From a phage: 64,000 nucleotides of DNA. A model generated the notes under the pieces. That model had not been told where the DNA came from. It saw only the letters and a program-made list of their open reading frames with translations, and did not search any database. How positions within the stretch are numbered: position 1 is the stretch's first letter; each line of letters starts with the position of its first letter. This document shows, in pieces, positions 55,331-64,000 of this stretch. The position numbers and the translations under genes were made by a program. Location of the stretch: the sequence record PZ445432.1. The stretch is one strand, 5' to 3'.

Positions 55331-55646
55331 TTTCAATGAGTTAAATACCTTGCATGAGCTGTTACAGTTTGTAAATAATAATATTAGTATTCCAGCTGAC
55401 ACACTAGAAGTTCTCACGGTAATCGAGAAAAAGGTAGGAATTGAAATTGAGGACTCTTGGAAACCACTTTCTGTATTAACGCCACTCAATATGAAAGTGA
55501 TTGTTAAAAATATCAATACCGGAGAAGAACGTGAGATGGTTCGTACAGAACTGGCTGATAGTTACTCTCCAACGTCTGTAGTGATGCAACATGATGGTGT
55601 TTCTGAAGTTCTACAGACAGCTAATTACGTATGGCGTCTCCCATGA
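55302..55646 (+). CDS. hypothetical protein
   Basis: 114-aa ORF with a non-ATG start. Confidence 0.35.
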   Translation: MRILLKMKLNFNELNTLHELLQFVNNNISIPADTLEVLTVIEKKVGIEIEDSWKPLSVLTPLNMKVIVKNINTGEEREMVRTELADSYSPTSVVMQHDGVSEVLQTANYVWRLP

Positions 55647-55745
55647 TTGATCTAGTACCAATTACTGCGGGACTAATAGCACTATTAGTGCTCGCAGTTT
55701 TCATTATTGTGGAGCAGGCCAAAGTAATAAGGAGACTTAAAAACA

Positions 55746-55946
55746 ATGATAAAACGTCTTGTTTATCAGACACCAAAGATTGTAACTGAGTATTTTGTAT
55801 TACTGCCTCAAATTGTATTTCTAACAGCATTATTTAATATACTTTTTCGACATCTAGGAATAACAGAAAATATATTCTATACTTCTGGGTTACTTCCTTT
55901 TATGTACGAAGGCATCATTATGGCGATTAACGGGGTTCGTAAATGA
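55746..55946 (+). CDS. hypothetical membrane protein
   Basis: 66-aa ORF with RBS AGGAGA. Confidence 0.4.
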   Translation: MIKRLVYQTPKIVTEYFVLLPQIVFLTALFNILFRHLGITENIFYTSGLLPFMYEGIIMAINGVRK

Positions 55947-56410
55947 CAGCGCTACAACAACTACAGAATTACTGGTTTGATAACCAATTTAACGATCTTT
56001 TCATCCAGTTGTTTGTCGAAACGAACGGACGCTTCAACTACCGATTCTTTAATAAGTTTCATGAAACAAAATTCTCACATACAGAAATTAATGCAGCGAT
56101 CCAAGACCTAACTGGTTCTAAAGTAATTCAATATCGCGAAGTAGACTTTACACCAGATTGTTTTGGGTTTGAATTGTTTAAGAAAGCATATAAGTTTGGT
56201 AAGTTTGAAGATGCTCGTCAATGGGTTCACGATTTTTGGTATAACACCGATATTGTTCCTAGTCGCGTGCTGATTCTTAACTGGATTGCTAAGCAACATC
56301 CACCTAAAATGCAATCATCCTTCTTACCGACTGCCACAGGAAACCTCTACCATGACAGAAAAGAAGAATCCATTATTGGAGCAGATGAAGGAGTGGGAGA
56401 GCAATATTGA
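55943..56410 (+). CDS. hypothetical protein
   Basis: 155-aa ORF. Confidence 0.45.
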   Translation: MTALQQLQNYWFDNQFNDLFIQLFVETNGRFNYRFFNKFHETKFSHTEINAAIQDLTGSKVIQYREVDFTPDCFGFELFKKAYKFGKFEDARQWVHDFWYNTDIVPSRVLILNWIAKQHPPKMQSSFLPTATGNLYHDRKEESIIGADEGVGEQY

Positions 56411-56723
56411 ATCTGGTCTAATAGACGGTGAAGATATTGTTAATTCCATGTTAGAAGTAACAGTAGATAATATTAATCCTATTTTGGAGGGAGAAACCTC
56501 AGATCTTATAGGACTCTCTAGCACATTTGATTCTTTGGCTAAATTAGCTTTAGACGATGAAGAGATAACCAAAGAAGATCTCGCTACAGCTATGAATATG
56601 GCTATTAATGCTTACATCGGTAAACGTACTGATGAACTTGGTAAACAGATCAAAAAGCGTGATGCTACGCTAGGTCTTATGGAAACGGCCACTATGTTAC
56701 GAAGTGGTAAACAACTTCATTAA
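56352..56723 (+). CDS. hypothetical acidic protein
   Basis: Internal ATG with RBS AGGAAA; the track ORF starts at 56286 and overlaps its upstream neighbour. Confidence 0.4.
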   Translation: MTEKKNPLLEQMKEWESNIESGLIDGEDIVNSMLEVTVDNINPILEGETSDLIGLSSTFDSLAKLALDDEEITKEDLATAMNMAINAYIGKRTDELGKQIKKRDATLGLMETATMLRSGKQLH

Positions 56724-56731
56724 TTTTAGGG

Positions 56732-56765
56732 GGCCAGGGCTTAACTGTTCTGGCCTTTTATGTTT
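56732..56765 (+). terminator. rho-independent terminator
   Basis: GGCCAG ... CTGGCC hairpin followed by TTTTATGTTTT. Confidence 0.5.
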
Positions 56766-56779
56766 TCAAGGAAATTCAA

Positions 56780-56983
56780 ATGCAAGTATATGTCCTTACT
56801 AGAGATATAAATGAGTATAATCAGGATGGTGAGTATTTTGTAAAAGTATTCGCTGAAAAGCCAAGTAAACAACAATTATTAGATGTTGGAGTACCGGAAG
56901 ACCAGGCTAAGTGTTTATTACAGGATAAAGAGTTTACTGGAGATGCTTACGAATGTTTCCACCTTAGCTGTGAGACTATTTAG
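56780..56983 (+). CDS. hypothetical protein
   Basis: 67-aa ORF. Confidence 0.4.
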   Translation: MQVYVLTRDINEYNQDGEYFVKVFAEKPSKQQLLDVGVPEDQAKCLLQDKEFTGDAYECFHLSCETI

Positions 56984-56984
56984 T

Positions 56985-57431
56985 ATGAGAGAAAAAGTAA
57001 ATGAATTATTAATCGAGGAAGCTAACAACTTTCCAATAAATAGGTTCGTCAAATCAGATGGGTCTATTAATAGAACTAAGATTAAGCAGCTACACCCCGA
57101 CTTCCAGCAAGAAGCGCTAAACCTTATCTTTATCAAGAAAGCCATTGCAGCTCACGGGGCTTTCTTTGGGTATGAGCGTGTAAATTATAAAACAATGCAG
57201 CAGCAAGTCGAGATCTATTGTCCAGACCATGATGGTTATTACTGGCAAACTGCTAGATCTCATTTAGAAGGGCATGGATGTCGACTGTGCGCACACAAGG
57301 TTGTGCAGCGTGTCACGGATTATGGAACTTATACCGTACCAGCATGTTACCATAAATTTGTAATTGACGATAATCACATAGTTTGGTATAATAAGTTTTC
57401 AAAGTTAAGAATGGAGATAAGTAGTGAGTAG
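56985..57431 (+). CDS. hypothetical protein
   Basis: ATG directly after the upstream stop; the track ORF starts at 56883 in overlap. Confidence 0.4.
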   Translation: MREKVNELLIEEANNFPINRFVKSDGSINRTKIKQLHPDFQQEALNLIFIKKAIAAHGAFFGYERVNYKTMQQQVEIYCPDHDGYYWQTARSHLEGHGCRLCAHKVVQRVTDYGTYTVPACYHKFVIDDNHIVWYNKFSKLRMEISSE

Positions 57432-57714
57432 CTATATTGTATGGTCAAACCCACTAGCAGCACTTAGTAACAAACTATTTAAAACAACGTGGGGGTATAA
57501 TGAAATAGACTTAGGTAGTCACCCAATACCAAACAAACATCCCTTAGTTCCAGAGCTGTATAGGGTAGTGATAAATGGCGCGGAGTATTTGGTTGATAAA
57601 TTTGACAGAAAACGTTTACTAGAGGGTATCTACGATAATTCTACATCAATAAATGAATTAGTAGAACATGCCCAAATATATGATAAAAGCTGGATGTTAA
57701 TATGGAGATCATAG
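57424..57714 (+). CDS. hypothetical protein
   Basis: 96-aa ORF. Confidence 0.4.
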   Translation: MSSYIVWSNPLAALSNKLFKTTWGYNEIDLGSHPIPNKHPLVPELYRVVINGAEYLVDKFDRKRLLEGIYDNSTSINELVEHAQIYDKSWMLIWRS

Positions 57715-57926
57715 TAATTATTTTAGCAGTTATGTTGTTTATTGTAACATTTGTATCATTTGCTATTATGCGCAGAGCTAGAGAACTAGCGGAAGATATA
57801 ACAAAATTACGTGGTGAGTTGGCTGCCCTTAAACTACAGCGCGAGGCTTTAAAGTTATTTGTGGTTCAAGTAGCGTGGAGCATACAACAGAAGACTTCAT
57901 CACGTATCTCAAACATTACATGGTAA
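57702..57926 (+). CDS. hypothetical membrane protein
   Basis: 74-aa ORF with an N-terminal transmembrane helix. Confidence 0.4.
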   Translation: MEIIVIILAVMLFIVTFVSFAIMRRARELAEDITKLRGELAALKLQREALKLFVVQVAWSIQQKTSSRISNITW

Positions 57927-57933
57927 TTAAATA

Positions 57934-58119
57934 ATGGAAACTCTTTTTCTTTTAATGCTTGTAGGTTCCCTGCTAGTCATATTAGCACTTCTACTAATCT
58001 GCAATATTCTTAATAATAAGAATTTAGAGTTAAAGTGTGAGAACCAAATCCTTAATCGTGAACTTAAACAATATAATCTAGCAGCTCATAAACTGCTAGA
58101 CAAACTGGAGAATAAATAA
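57934..58119 (+). CDS. hypothetical membrane protein
   Basis: 61-aa ORF with an N-terminal transmembrane helix. Confidence 0.4.
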   Translation: METLFLLMLVGSLLVILALLLICNILNNKNLELKCENQILNRELKQYNLAAHKLLDKLENK

Positions 58120-58727
58120 TGTTTACACAACAACCTATTCAAGTAGTACCAGATCATGAACTGAATACATGGGATTATAGCTTTAAAGATTTAACTGCTA
58201 CTGTACAATTCAAATCTATGAAGCTAACCTTTGCACACACTAATATTAAAGCATGTAAAGATTTTGAAGGTAGGCTCAACAACGCTCGTAAGATTTTTGG
58301 TACGGCTCGGATTCCAGCTGATAACCTTATTAACGCATTAATAGATGCGGGCTATAAACTCGTGAAGGCTGAGGTGAACCGCCCTAGTACTCCAGTAACT
58401 GTTAGTGATCCGTGGCAGTCAGGGCCAATTATAAGGTGGAACAGTCCTAAAATAACGTCGGATTTGCACAATGTTCCATGCGGTGGTGCGCTGTCGTCTA
58501 ATCAGTCCTATCGAGTTGGGGAAGATTATGGGCCTTCTGCACAGTTGAAACATACTCAAGAAGCTTTTGAATCTGACATGAAAAGCGTAGCACCTGCAGA
58601 TGCTGGAGTTTCTAGGAGTTCTGTTTGTACTATTCATTTTAATAATCCTAGTAAACATGGAAGTCTAGAAGATGCTATTATGGGGGCGTTGGGAGCTGCT
58701 CTTAATGAAGATAAGAGAGGTAATTAA
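58119..58727 (+). CDS. hypothetical protein
   Basis: 202-aa ORF. Confidence 0.45.
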   Translation: MFTQQPIQVVPDHELNTWDYSFKDLTATVQFKSMKLTFAHTNIKACKDFEGRLNNARKIFGTARIPADNLINALIDAGYKLVKAEVNRPSTPVTVSDPWQSGPIIRWNSPKITSDLHNVPCGGALSSNQSYRVGEDYGPSAQLKHTQEAFESDMKSVAPADAGVSRSSVCTIHFNNPSKHGSLEDAIMGALGAALNEDKRGN

Positions 58728-59452
58728 TGAGTATTAAAAAGAATTTAGCAGAGATTATTAAATTAGCTAGAGCTTGTAATGGAAAATGTGTTTCTCAACT
58801 TAATGAACTAGAGGCACATGCAGTAGCGTTTTGTGCAGAGTTTTATCCTGCATATATTAACGCTAGTGGACAGCCGAAATATAATAAAGATGCAGAAGAA
58901 GTTACGTTAGCTCCTTCGTATATTAGTATACGTCGTCTGATTCAAACTGTTGACCCTAATATTAAAGGATTTTCAGCAGATTCATTCCATGTTTTTGCGG
59001 ATAAAGAACTCCCACATTTTAAAGAAGGAAGTGCAAAGACAGCCCTAGAATGTTATCCTAATATTTTGATGATTCCACCTAAGCAATGTAAGTATGATCA
59101 TCTTCCTAGACTTACAAAGAAAGTAGAACCACCTTATTCTTCTCTATCTGAATTAAAGCTAGGAATTGTATCTACACTTGCGCAGGTTCATCTAAGTATA
59201 GTTGACGACTCAACAACATCTAATCCAGTCTTAGATGCTGCACATTATGAAATTTTACGTGACCCTGAACAGGCTAGAAAAGTTGCGAAGTCTGTTAAGT
59301 TTGACATCTCAACAATTCTTGATACGATGCAAGATACGAGACCTAGAGGAAGTGTAGATTATTCTGCGCTAAATTCCGAGTCATCTTACCTAGCAACATT
59401 CCTTTTCATGGCATCGAAGGGAATCATACTCAAAGTCAATCACGATGTATAA
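58727..59452 (+). CDS. hypothetical protein
   Basis: 241-aa ORF; last plus-strand gene before the repeat-rich region. Confidence 0.45.
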   Translation: MSIKKNLAEIIKLARACNGKCVSQLNELEAHAVAFCAEFYPAYINASGQPKYNKDAEEVTLAPSYISIRRLIQTVDPNIKGFSADSFHVFADKELPHFKEGSAKTALECYPNILMIPPKQCKYDHLPRLTKKVEPPYSSLSELKLGIVSTLAQVHLSIVDDSTTSNPVLDAAHYEILRDPEQARKVAKSVKFDISTILDTMQDTRPRGSVDYSALNSESSYLATFLFMASKGIILKVNHDV

Positions 59453-59468
59453 ACGTTAACAAAATCTT

Positions 59469-59497
59469 CTTGACATTATTTGAGCTGTATGTTATAA
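59469..59497 (+). promoter_or_regulatory. consensus sigma70 promoter (TTGACA-17-TATAAT) facing the ORF-free repeat region
   Basis: Exact TTGACA at 59469-59474 and TATAAT at 59492-59497 with a 17-nt spacer. Confidence 0.6.
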
Positions 59498-59852
59498 TAA
59501 TCTCATAGATTAAAAACATCAACTTGTTTTTACCTCTAGGCCGTAGATTTACATCATTCCTCGTAGGAAAACACTTGATGACGGTTCTGTTCGCAGGTTC
59601 TCGTCAATTGTTCTTCCTCCCCGAGACTCAGGAGGATGTATCAAATCGCACGCGCCTAGAGGGGCTAACTCTCATGAAATGGGGGTATATTAACTTTTAA
59701 ATAACTGATAAATATTTAAAGGCAATATCTGTGTTCAAGATGATACACCTGTTGCCGCTCATCTGCTAGGATGGCACAACACTTTCTTCTAGACTCCTAA
59801 GTTTCTAGGAAATTGATAAGCACAAATTCTAGAGATCGCACAAAAATATTCA

Positions 59853-60631
59853 TCGGATTTGCACATATTCTAGGAAATTGATAAGTACAAAAATATTCAT
59901 CGGATTTGCACATATTCTAGGGCAGTTTCTCTCAAACGTTACACATACTAGGCGGTTAATATAGGGCGGTTATAGGGAGGGCGGTTATTTCTAGGAGACA
60001 TTTTTTGAAAACACATTTCTGGATTTTACTGTCGGATTTGCACACTGCATTTCTAGAAATTTATGGTCGGATTTGCACAAACGCCTAAGTTTTTAGGAAC
60101 ATATAATCTCTTGAAAATGGCAGCATTATTTCGGGCCGAAGGCCCATGATTGCCTGAGTTTTTAGAGCCACAGGAATTTTCACTTGTCAAGCTATTTTGC
60201 CCCATTTTGCTAATAAAATTTTACTTTTTCTGCACCTATCTCAAATTTCCCCAAATTATCTCAACTCTTCCCCAAAACCCCGCAAATCAGGTGCTCCGCA
60301 CCAATCCTGCGCCCACACCATTCTAGCCTCCCAAATTTCTCTCGCTCTCTCATCTTCTCCTCAAACCTATACAATCACACACCCTCTCATCGAAGTCACA
60401 AAAATTTCATCGGATTCGCACAAATAAACCCATGTCGGATTTGCACATATTCTAGCTAATTCCACAGGATTGATGCGCAGCATCGGATTGCTGGAGTTTT
60501 TGGGAAAATTCGTCGTCGGATTCGCACATCACAAAAGTTTTTAGGGTCGGATTTGCACACTACCAAAAATTGTCGGATTCGCACATACACGCCCGCACGT
60601 AACACCCGTGGAGCAATGTCGGATTTGCACA
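59853..60631. repeat. dispersed array of about 10 copies of TCGGATT(T/C)GCACA
   Basis: Copies start near 59853, 59900, 60032, 60067, 60410, 60435, 60516, 60547, 60573 and 60619, all in the same orientation, often followed by ATATTCTAG. Confidence 0.7.
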
Positions 60632-60636
60632 AAAGC

Positions 60637-60654
60637 GCAGGGCAATTGCCCTGC
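60637..60654. repeat. 18-bp perfect palindrome GCAGGGCAATTGCCCTGC
   Basis: Read directly; could act as an operator or form a hairpin. Confidence 0.6.
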
Positions 60655-60661
60655 GACTTTG

Positions 60662-60680
60662 AATGAGAATCATTATCATT
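60662..60680. repeat. 19-bp near-palindrome AATGAGAATCATTATCATT (left boundary element)
   Basis: Near-identical palindrome recurs at 61216-61234, so the pair brackets the iteron/DnaA/LexA block. Confidence 0.55.
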
Positions 60681-60891
60681 TAAGAAGTGGAATGCAAATG
60701 ATAATTATTCTCATTTAAGAAGTGGAATGATTCTCATTTAATAAGTGGAATGCAAATGATAATTATTCTCATTTAAGAAGTGGAATGAGAACTATTCAAG
60801 AAGTGAAACGATTCTCATTAAAGAAGCGAAACGATTCTCATCCTAGAAAGGGAATGCAAATGATAATGATTCTCATTTAAAAACGGAAGTG
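60676..60891. repeat. iteron-like direct repeats (about 8 copies of a 21-bp unit TCTCATTTAAGAAGTGGAATG)
   Basis: Copies start near 60676, 60709, 60732, 60767, 60792, 60813, 60836 and 60871; some are separated by CAAATGATAATTAT spacers. Confidence 0.7.
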
Positions 60892-60910
60892 AGAAACACT
60901 GTTATTTAAG

Positions 60911-60992
60911 TTATCCACAGACTTATTAACAGCACGATTTGACTTGACAGAATCCTAGCCATTTTGAGGCGTTATCCACAGACTTATCCACA
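60911..60992. promoter_or_regulatory. three consensus DnaA boxes (TTATCCACA)
   Basis: Exact TTATCCACA at 60911-60919, 60972-60980 and 60984-60992, all in the same orientation. Confidence 0.65.
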
Positions 60993-61000
60993 GCTTATTC

Positions 61001-61020
61001 TACTGTATAAATATACAGTA
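61001..61020. promoter_or_regulatory. LexA/SOS-box-like palindrome TACTGTATAAATATACAGTA
   Basis: Matches CTGT-N8-ACAG with flanking TA; 20-bp palindrome immediately after the DnaA boxes. Confidence 0.55.
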
Positions 61021-61215
61021 TTCCTACGCAGTGAATAATTCTAATATAGGCCTAAAACGTCCTGAATCGCATTCTAGCGCGTTTTATTTTGGCGGGGATA
61101 CTAAAACAAGGGCAAAACTGGAGGAGGCTTAGAAATTAGTTAGCTCGCTAACGATCACACAAGGCGACACGTAACACCCTAATCATTAGCAGGCTAACCA
61201 TCGCGGGCGCGGTCA

Positions 61216-61234
61216 AATGAGAATCATTCTCATT
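61216..61234. repeat. 19-bp perfect palindrome AATGAGAATCATTCTCATT (right boundary element)
   Basis: Partner of the 60662-60680 element. Confidence 0.55.
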
Positions 61235-61275
61235 TGAGGATTGGGGGCACTTCCTGATAATTGCCCCCGTGATTA

Positions 61276-61470
61276 TTAGTCCGGTAATTGATGCGTGATC
61301 TTCTCCTCTTCCCCGTAGGAATCGACTAAATGCTGATAATAACCATCATGATCATAAATGACTTTATCATATTCGCCCAGCTCGACCGCTTGCCGGTTTT
61401 CCGGAGTATCGGGCACATAAAAAACGTCAACCATTGTGGTAGTTTTGGTCACAATAATTTTATCGCTCAT
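61276..61470 (-). CDS. hypothetical protein
   Basis: 64-aa acidic ORF; first of a minus-strand block with a shared upstream motif. Confidence 0.4.
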   Translation of the reverse strand: MSDKIIVTKTTTMVDVFYVPDTPENRQAVELGEYDKVIYDHDGYYQHLVDSYGEEEKITHQLPD

Positions 61471-61485
61471 AATAACGCCCCGTTA

Positions 61486-61767
61486 TTAGTTGACTATCTC
61501 AAAGATAGCGTTCTCAAGTGTCGCCCTTAGGATCCCATCGCGCCCTACTACGGAATACTTGAGATCAGGTATTTTGTAACGCTCAATTGCTTTGAGTAAT
61601 TGATCTTTTTGGGCTTTATATTTTTGCCCTTCTCGCGCTATCGTGTCGCCTTCGGCTTTAATGCAAATCAGTGTAACCATAATAATCCCCCTAGTAAATA
61701 TATTTTTGCCAATAGCGGCGAACGTTATCGCCACCAGCGGAATCATTAGCTGCCTTACTATTACCAA
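61486..61767 (-). CDS. hypothetical protein
   Basis: 93-aa ORF. Confidence 0.4.
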   Translation of the reverse strand: MVIVRQLMIPLVAITFAAIGKNIFTRGIIMVTLICIKAEGDTIAREGQKYKAQKDQLLKAIERYKIPDLKYSVVGRDGILRATLENAIFEIVN

Positions 61768-61962
61768 CGAAAATATATAATCTCATTAGTATTATTTTCC
61801 CCGCATTAATTTATACATAACTAACATCCCGCAAAACTGACCTAAGATAGTGCAGACAACAAGGGATAACACAATATTGCCTATGGTGTTATAAGTAACC
61901 ACACCAACAATAAGGGATAATGCATACCCTAGCAGGGCAATATAAACAGCCATATTATTTAC

Positions 61963-62313
61963 CTATTTTCGAAACGCTGTTTCAATACTATCAGCCGTGG
62001 ATTGAATATACGCGCCTTTCATTATCAGGCGCTCGGTGCATACTTTGCGAAAAATATTAATAAAATCATCTTCATTTTCTGCGATTAACGCCTCCCCCAT
62101 GACCTGAATATCACACGATGCAAAGGTCAAAAATTGAAACGCTAGTTCACGGGCGACGACCGCATTAATTTTATAATGCGCCTTTCCATCGTAAATATTA
62201 ACAACGCCCTTATATTCAGGCGAAAGCTGATTTAAGTAGTTTGCTAATAATCCCGGGCGGCAATTAGTAACAAAGCGATTCCCTTCATAAATTACCATTT
62301 TATAACCTCCCAA
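61963..62313 (-). CDS. hypothetical protein
   Basis: 116-aa ORF. Confidence 0.4.
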   Translation of the reverse strand: MGGYKMVIYEGNRFVTNCRPGLLANYLNQLSPEYKGVVNIYDGKAHYKINAVVARELAFQFLTFASCDIQVMGEALIAENEDDFINIFRKVCTERLIMKGAYIQSTADSIETAFRK

Positions 62314-62421
62314 TCAGATAGCCAGATAAAAGCATAAAAATCCCCAGCGAACTAGGGTCATTCTTAAACAAGGTGGCGGTAAAACCGCCAACCATTGCAA
62401 GGATAACAACAATAACGCTTT

Positions 62422-62634
62422 TCATAGTACCCCACGAAACGCAGCGTAAAAGGTGGCAAAGTGTCTAACCGTTTCAGCTATCACGTTGCCGCGCTTATCG
62501 AATTTTTTCTCGGTAACACGAAAGGCGTTTTTATTCCGTGCTACATATTCGATTTTACAATCTTCCCGCTCGAACGTGTTAACGTCCACCAGCTTAAAGC
62601 CTTTGGAACGAGCAAGGGAAACATTACGAATCAT
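62422..62634 (-). CDS. hypothetical protein
   Basis: 70-aa ORF. Confidence 0.4.
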   Translation of the reverse strand: MIRNVSLARSKGFKLVDVNTFEREDCKIEYVARNKNAFRVTEKKFDKRGNVIAETVRHFATFYAAFRGVL

Positions 62635-62636
62635 TT

Positions 62637-62825
62637 TTATTCTCCTTTACTATTCATGCAGCCCAGCAGATAAGAAAATACAGCGACACCCGCGCCAATA
62701 ATAACCATAGGTTTAGTATTTGCTAAACTGCAATAAGAATCCTGAATACCATAAGCGGTGGCGAAAAGAGTCAAAATAGCGCCCAAGATACCTGCTAAAA
62801 AAGCCCGAAAAATAACCATTTTCAT
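62637..62825 (-). CDS. hypothetical small membrane protein
   Basis: 62-aa ORF with two hydrophobic helices; RBS AGGAGA. Confidence 0.4.
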   Translation of the reverse strand: MKMVIFRAFLAGILGAILTLFATAYGIQDSYCSLANTKPMVIIGAGVAVFSYLLGCMNSKGE

Positions 62826-62865
62826 TCTCCTAGTTAGTGGGGCGAAAGTAGCGCCCCGTTATTAC

Positions 62866-63096
62866 TTACATTAAAACGATTTTGGCGGCTTGTTTTTTGG
62901 TGCAATGTTCTGCTTTCAGGGTATCCAGCAAAAAGCCCGCCGTTTGCTGATCGATTTGATCATTATCATAAAGCGCCTGAATGGTAGTGTAAGTTTTAGC
63001 AATGCCGTATTCTTGCACCATTTCTTGAATGATCCAGCGATTTGATACCCAGCCTTTTCCAGTGAAAAGATGACTAGCAGAAGAATAAGCAACCAT
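62866..63096 (-). CDS. hypothetical protein
   Basis: 76-aa ORF. Confidence 0.4.
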   Translation of the reverse strand: MVAYSSASHLFTGKGWVSNRWIIQEMVQEYGIAKTYTTIQALYDNDQIDQQTAGFLLDTLKAEHCTKKQAAKIVLM

Positions 63097-63214
63097 TATA
63101 AGCCTCCAAAATTTTTTGGGAAATTTTCAACCGTCCTCAAACGGTGTAAGGGCATTATAACAAAAAGGCCGCCATAATCGGCGACCTTTACAAAACTTTA
63201 CATTAGATTATTTA

Positions 63215-63769
63215 TTACTCGTTTTCGGTGTTAGTGGTAAAAGTAGAAATATCGATACCTTTTACCATTTCATCAATCATCTCAGCGATGTTAAAACTTT
63301 GCACCATTTCCAACATTGCCGCTTCCATAGCCGCTCCTGCTACCGCTTTCGCTTTCTGGTTATTCGGGGCGTACTGGTCAACCGCTACACTCAGCAGGTT
63401 AGCGATCACTACTCGACCGATCGGCGTATCAATATAGCCTTTAATCATAAATGGCGCTTTTTTAGCCGCTACTTTCGTGATTTGAGTTAGTGCAATTTTA
63501 CCCGCTTCCAGTTTTGCAGCATTTACAACAGCGGATTTATTAGCGGCAACGATGTTAGCGATCTTAGTCATGGTATTTTTTCCTTTGTTTTCAGTGGTTT
63601 GAGTGTTAACGCTTTGAGTGTTAGAATTTACAGCATGTTTTTCTATATTGTCAATAGGCTGATCTTCATCTTTCCAGAAAGAAAAGCCCGCGCTTTCTAT
63701 ATCCCCATCGTATACGTATGGGTATACTTCCGACGGTAGCAAAAAATTGCCATCATCATCAAAGGCCAT
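63215..63769 (-). CDS. hypothetical protein
   Basis: 184-aa ORF, acidic N-terminus and Ala-rich C-terminus. Confidence 0.45.
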   Translation of the reverse strand: MAFDDDGNFLLPSEVYPYVYDGDIESAGFSFWKDEDQPIDNIEKHAVNSNTQSVNTQTTENKGKNTMTKIANIVAANKSAVVNAAKLEAGKIALTQITKVAAKKAPFMIKGYIDTPIGRVVIANLLSVAVDQYAPNNQKAKAVAGAAMEAAMLEMVQSFNIAEMIDEMVKGIDISTFTTNTENE

Positions 63770-64000
63770 TACAGCCGCCAGACGATACCCGTCACCGATT
63801 GACCGATTCCAGCCAACTGATAAATAACGCCAAAATGAATCAAGAAAGTTTTCAACGTCATAAAGATCCTTATCATAAGGCTCATAATTTTCTATTGAAA
63901 AAACTTCTAAGCCCGCCCCAGCATCATAGGCTTTTACTGTGCTACCTTTTACGATTATGAAATCAGTGTCCGGCCCCCTACTAGTAAGCAGGTGATTATC

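Noticed and set aside
60197-60427. 76-aa ORF inside the repeat region
   Set aside because: Low-complexity Ser/Pro-rich translation with no ribosome-binding site, lying across the 13-mer repeats; most likely a chance frame.
60662-60680. Fur box (iron-responsive operator)
   Set aside because: Only about 10 of 19 positions match the Fur consensus GATAATGATAATCATTATC; kept as a palindromic boundary element, not called as a Fur site.
60676-60891. Possible CRISPR array suggested by regularly spaced direct repeats
   Set aside because: The repeat units are about 21 bp with irregular 0-14 bp spacers, the units are degenerate, there are no unique spacers of 28-40 bp and no cas genes; it fits iterons far better.

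Overview
The window reads as a Tequintavirus (T5)-like lytic coliphage early region, about 39-40% GC, in reverse orientation to the usual T5 map. Positions 1-22262 are almost entirely minus-strand: SF2 helicase, family-A DNA polymerase, primase, DnaB-like helicase, a split NAD-dependent ligase, a large ATPase, a Sir2/HAD accessory cluster and nrdD. Positions 22540-59452 are plus-strand: phoH, nrdA, an HNH endonuclease, nrdB, DHFR, thyA, RNase H, a NADAR protein, a tRNA cluster interleaved with small ORFs (at least 11 tRNAs that fold by hand, plus unresolved tRNA-like elements), a GrcA-like glycyl-radical cofactor, spanins, dNMP kinase, holin, endolysin, two metallophosphatases and many small unknown ORFs. 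Positions 59453-61270 are an ORF-free, repeat-dense module (consensus sigma70 promoter, about 10 copies of a 13-mer, iteron-like repeats, three DnaA boxes, a LexA-box-like palindrome), followed by a GC-richer block of small minus-strand genes. More than 20 copies of a conserved promoter-leader cassette (TTGCTA-17-TATAAT ... ATAAATTGATGAGAGG) punctuate the window. All functions are inferred from motifs read by eye; no database search was run. tRNA, promoter and repeat coordinates are hand-indexed and may be off by 1-2 nt; one local disagreement with the ORF track near 55260-55300 was noted, and the track was trusted there.
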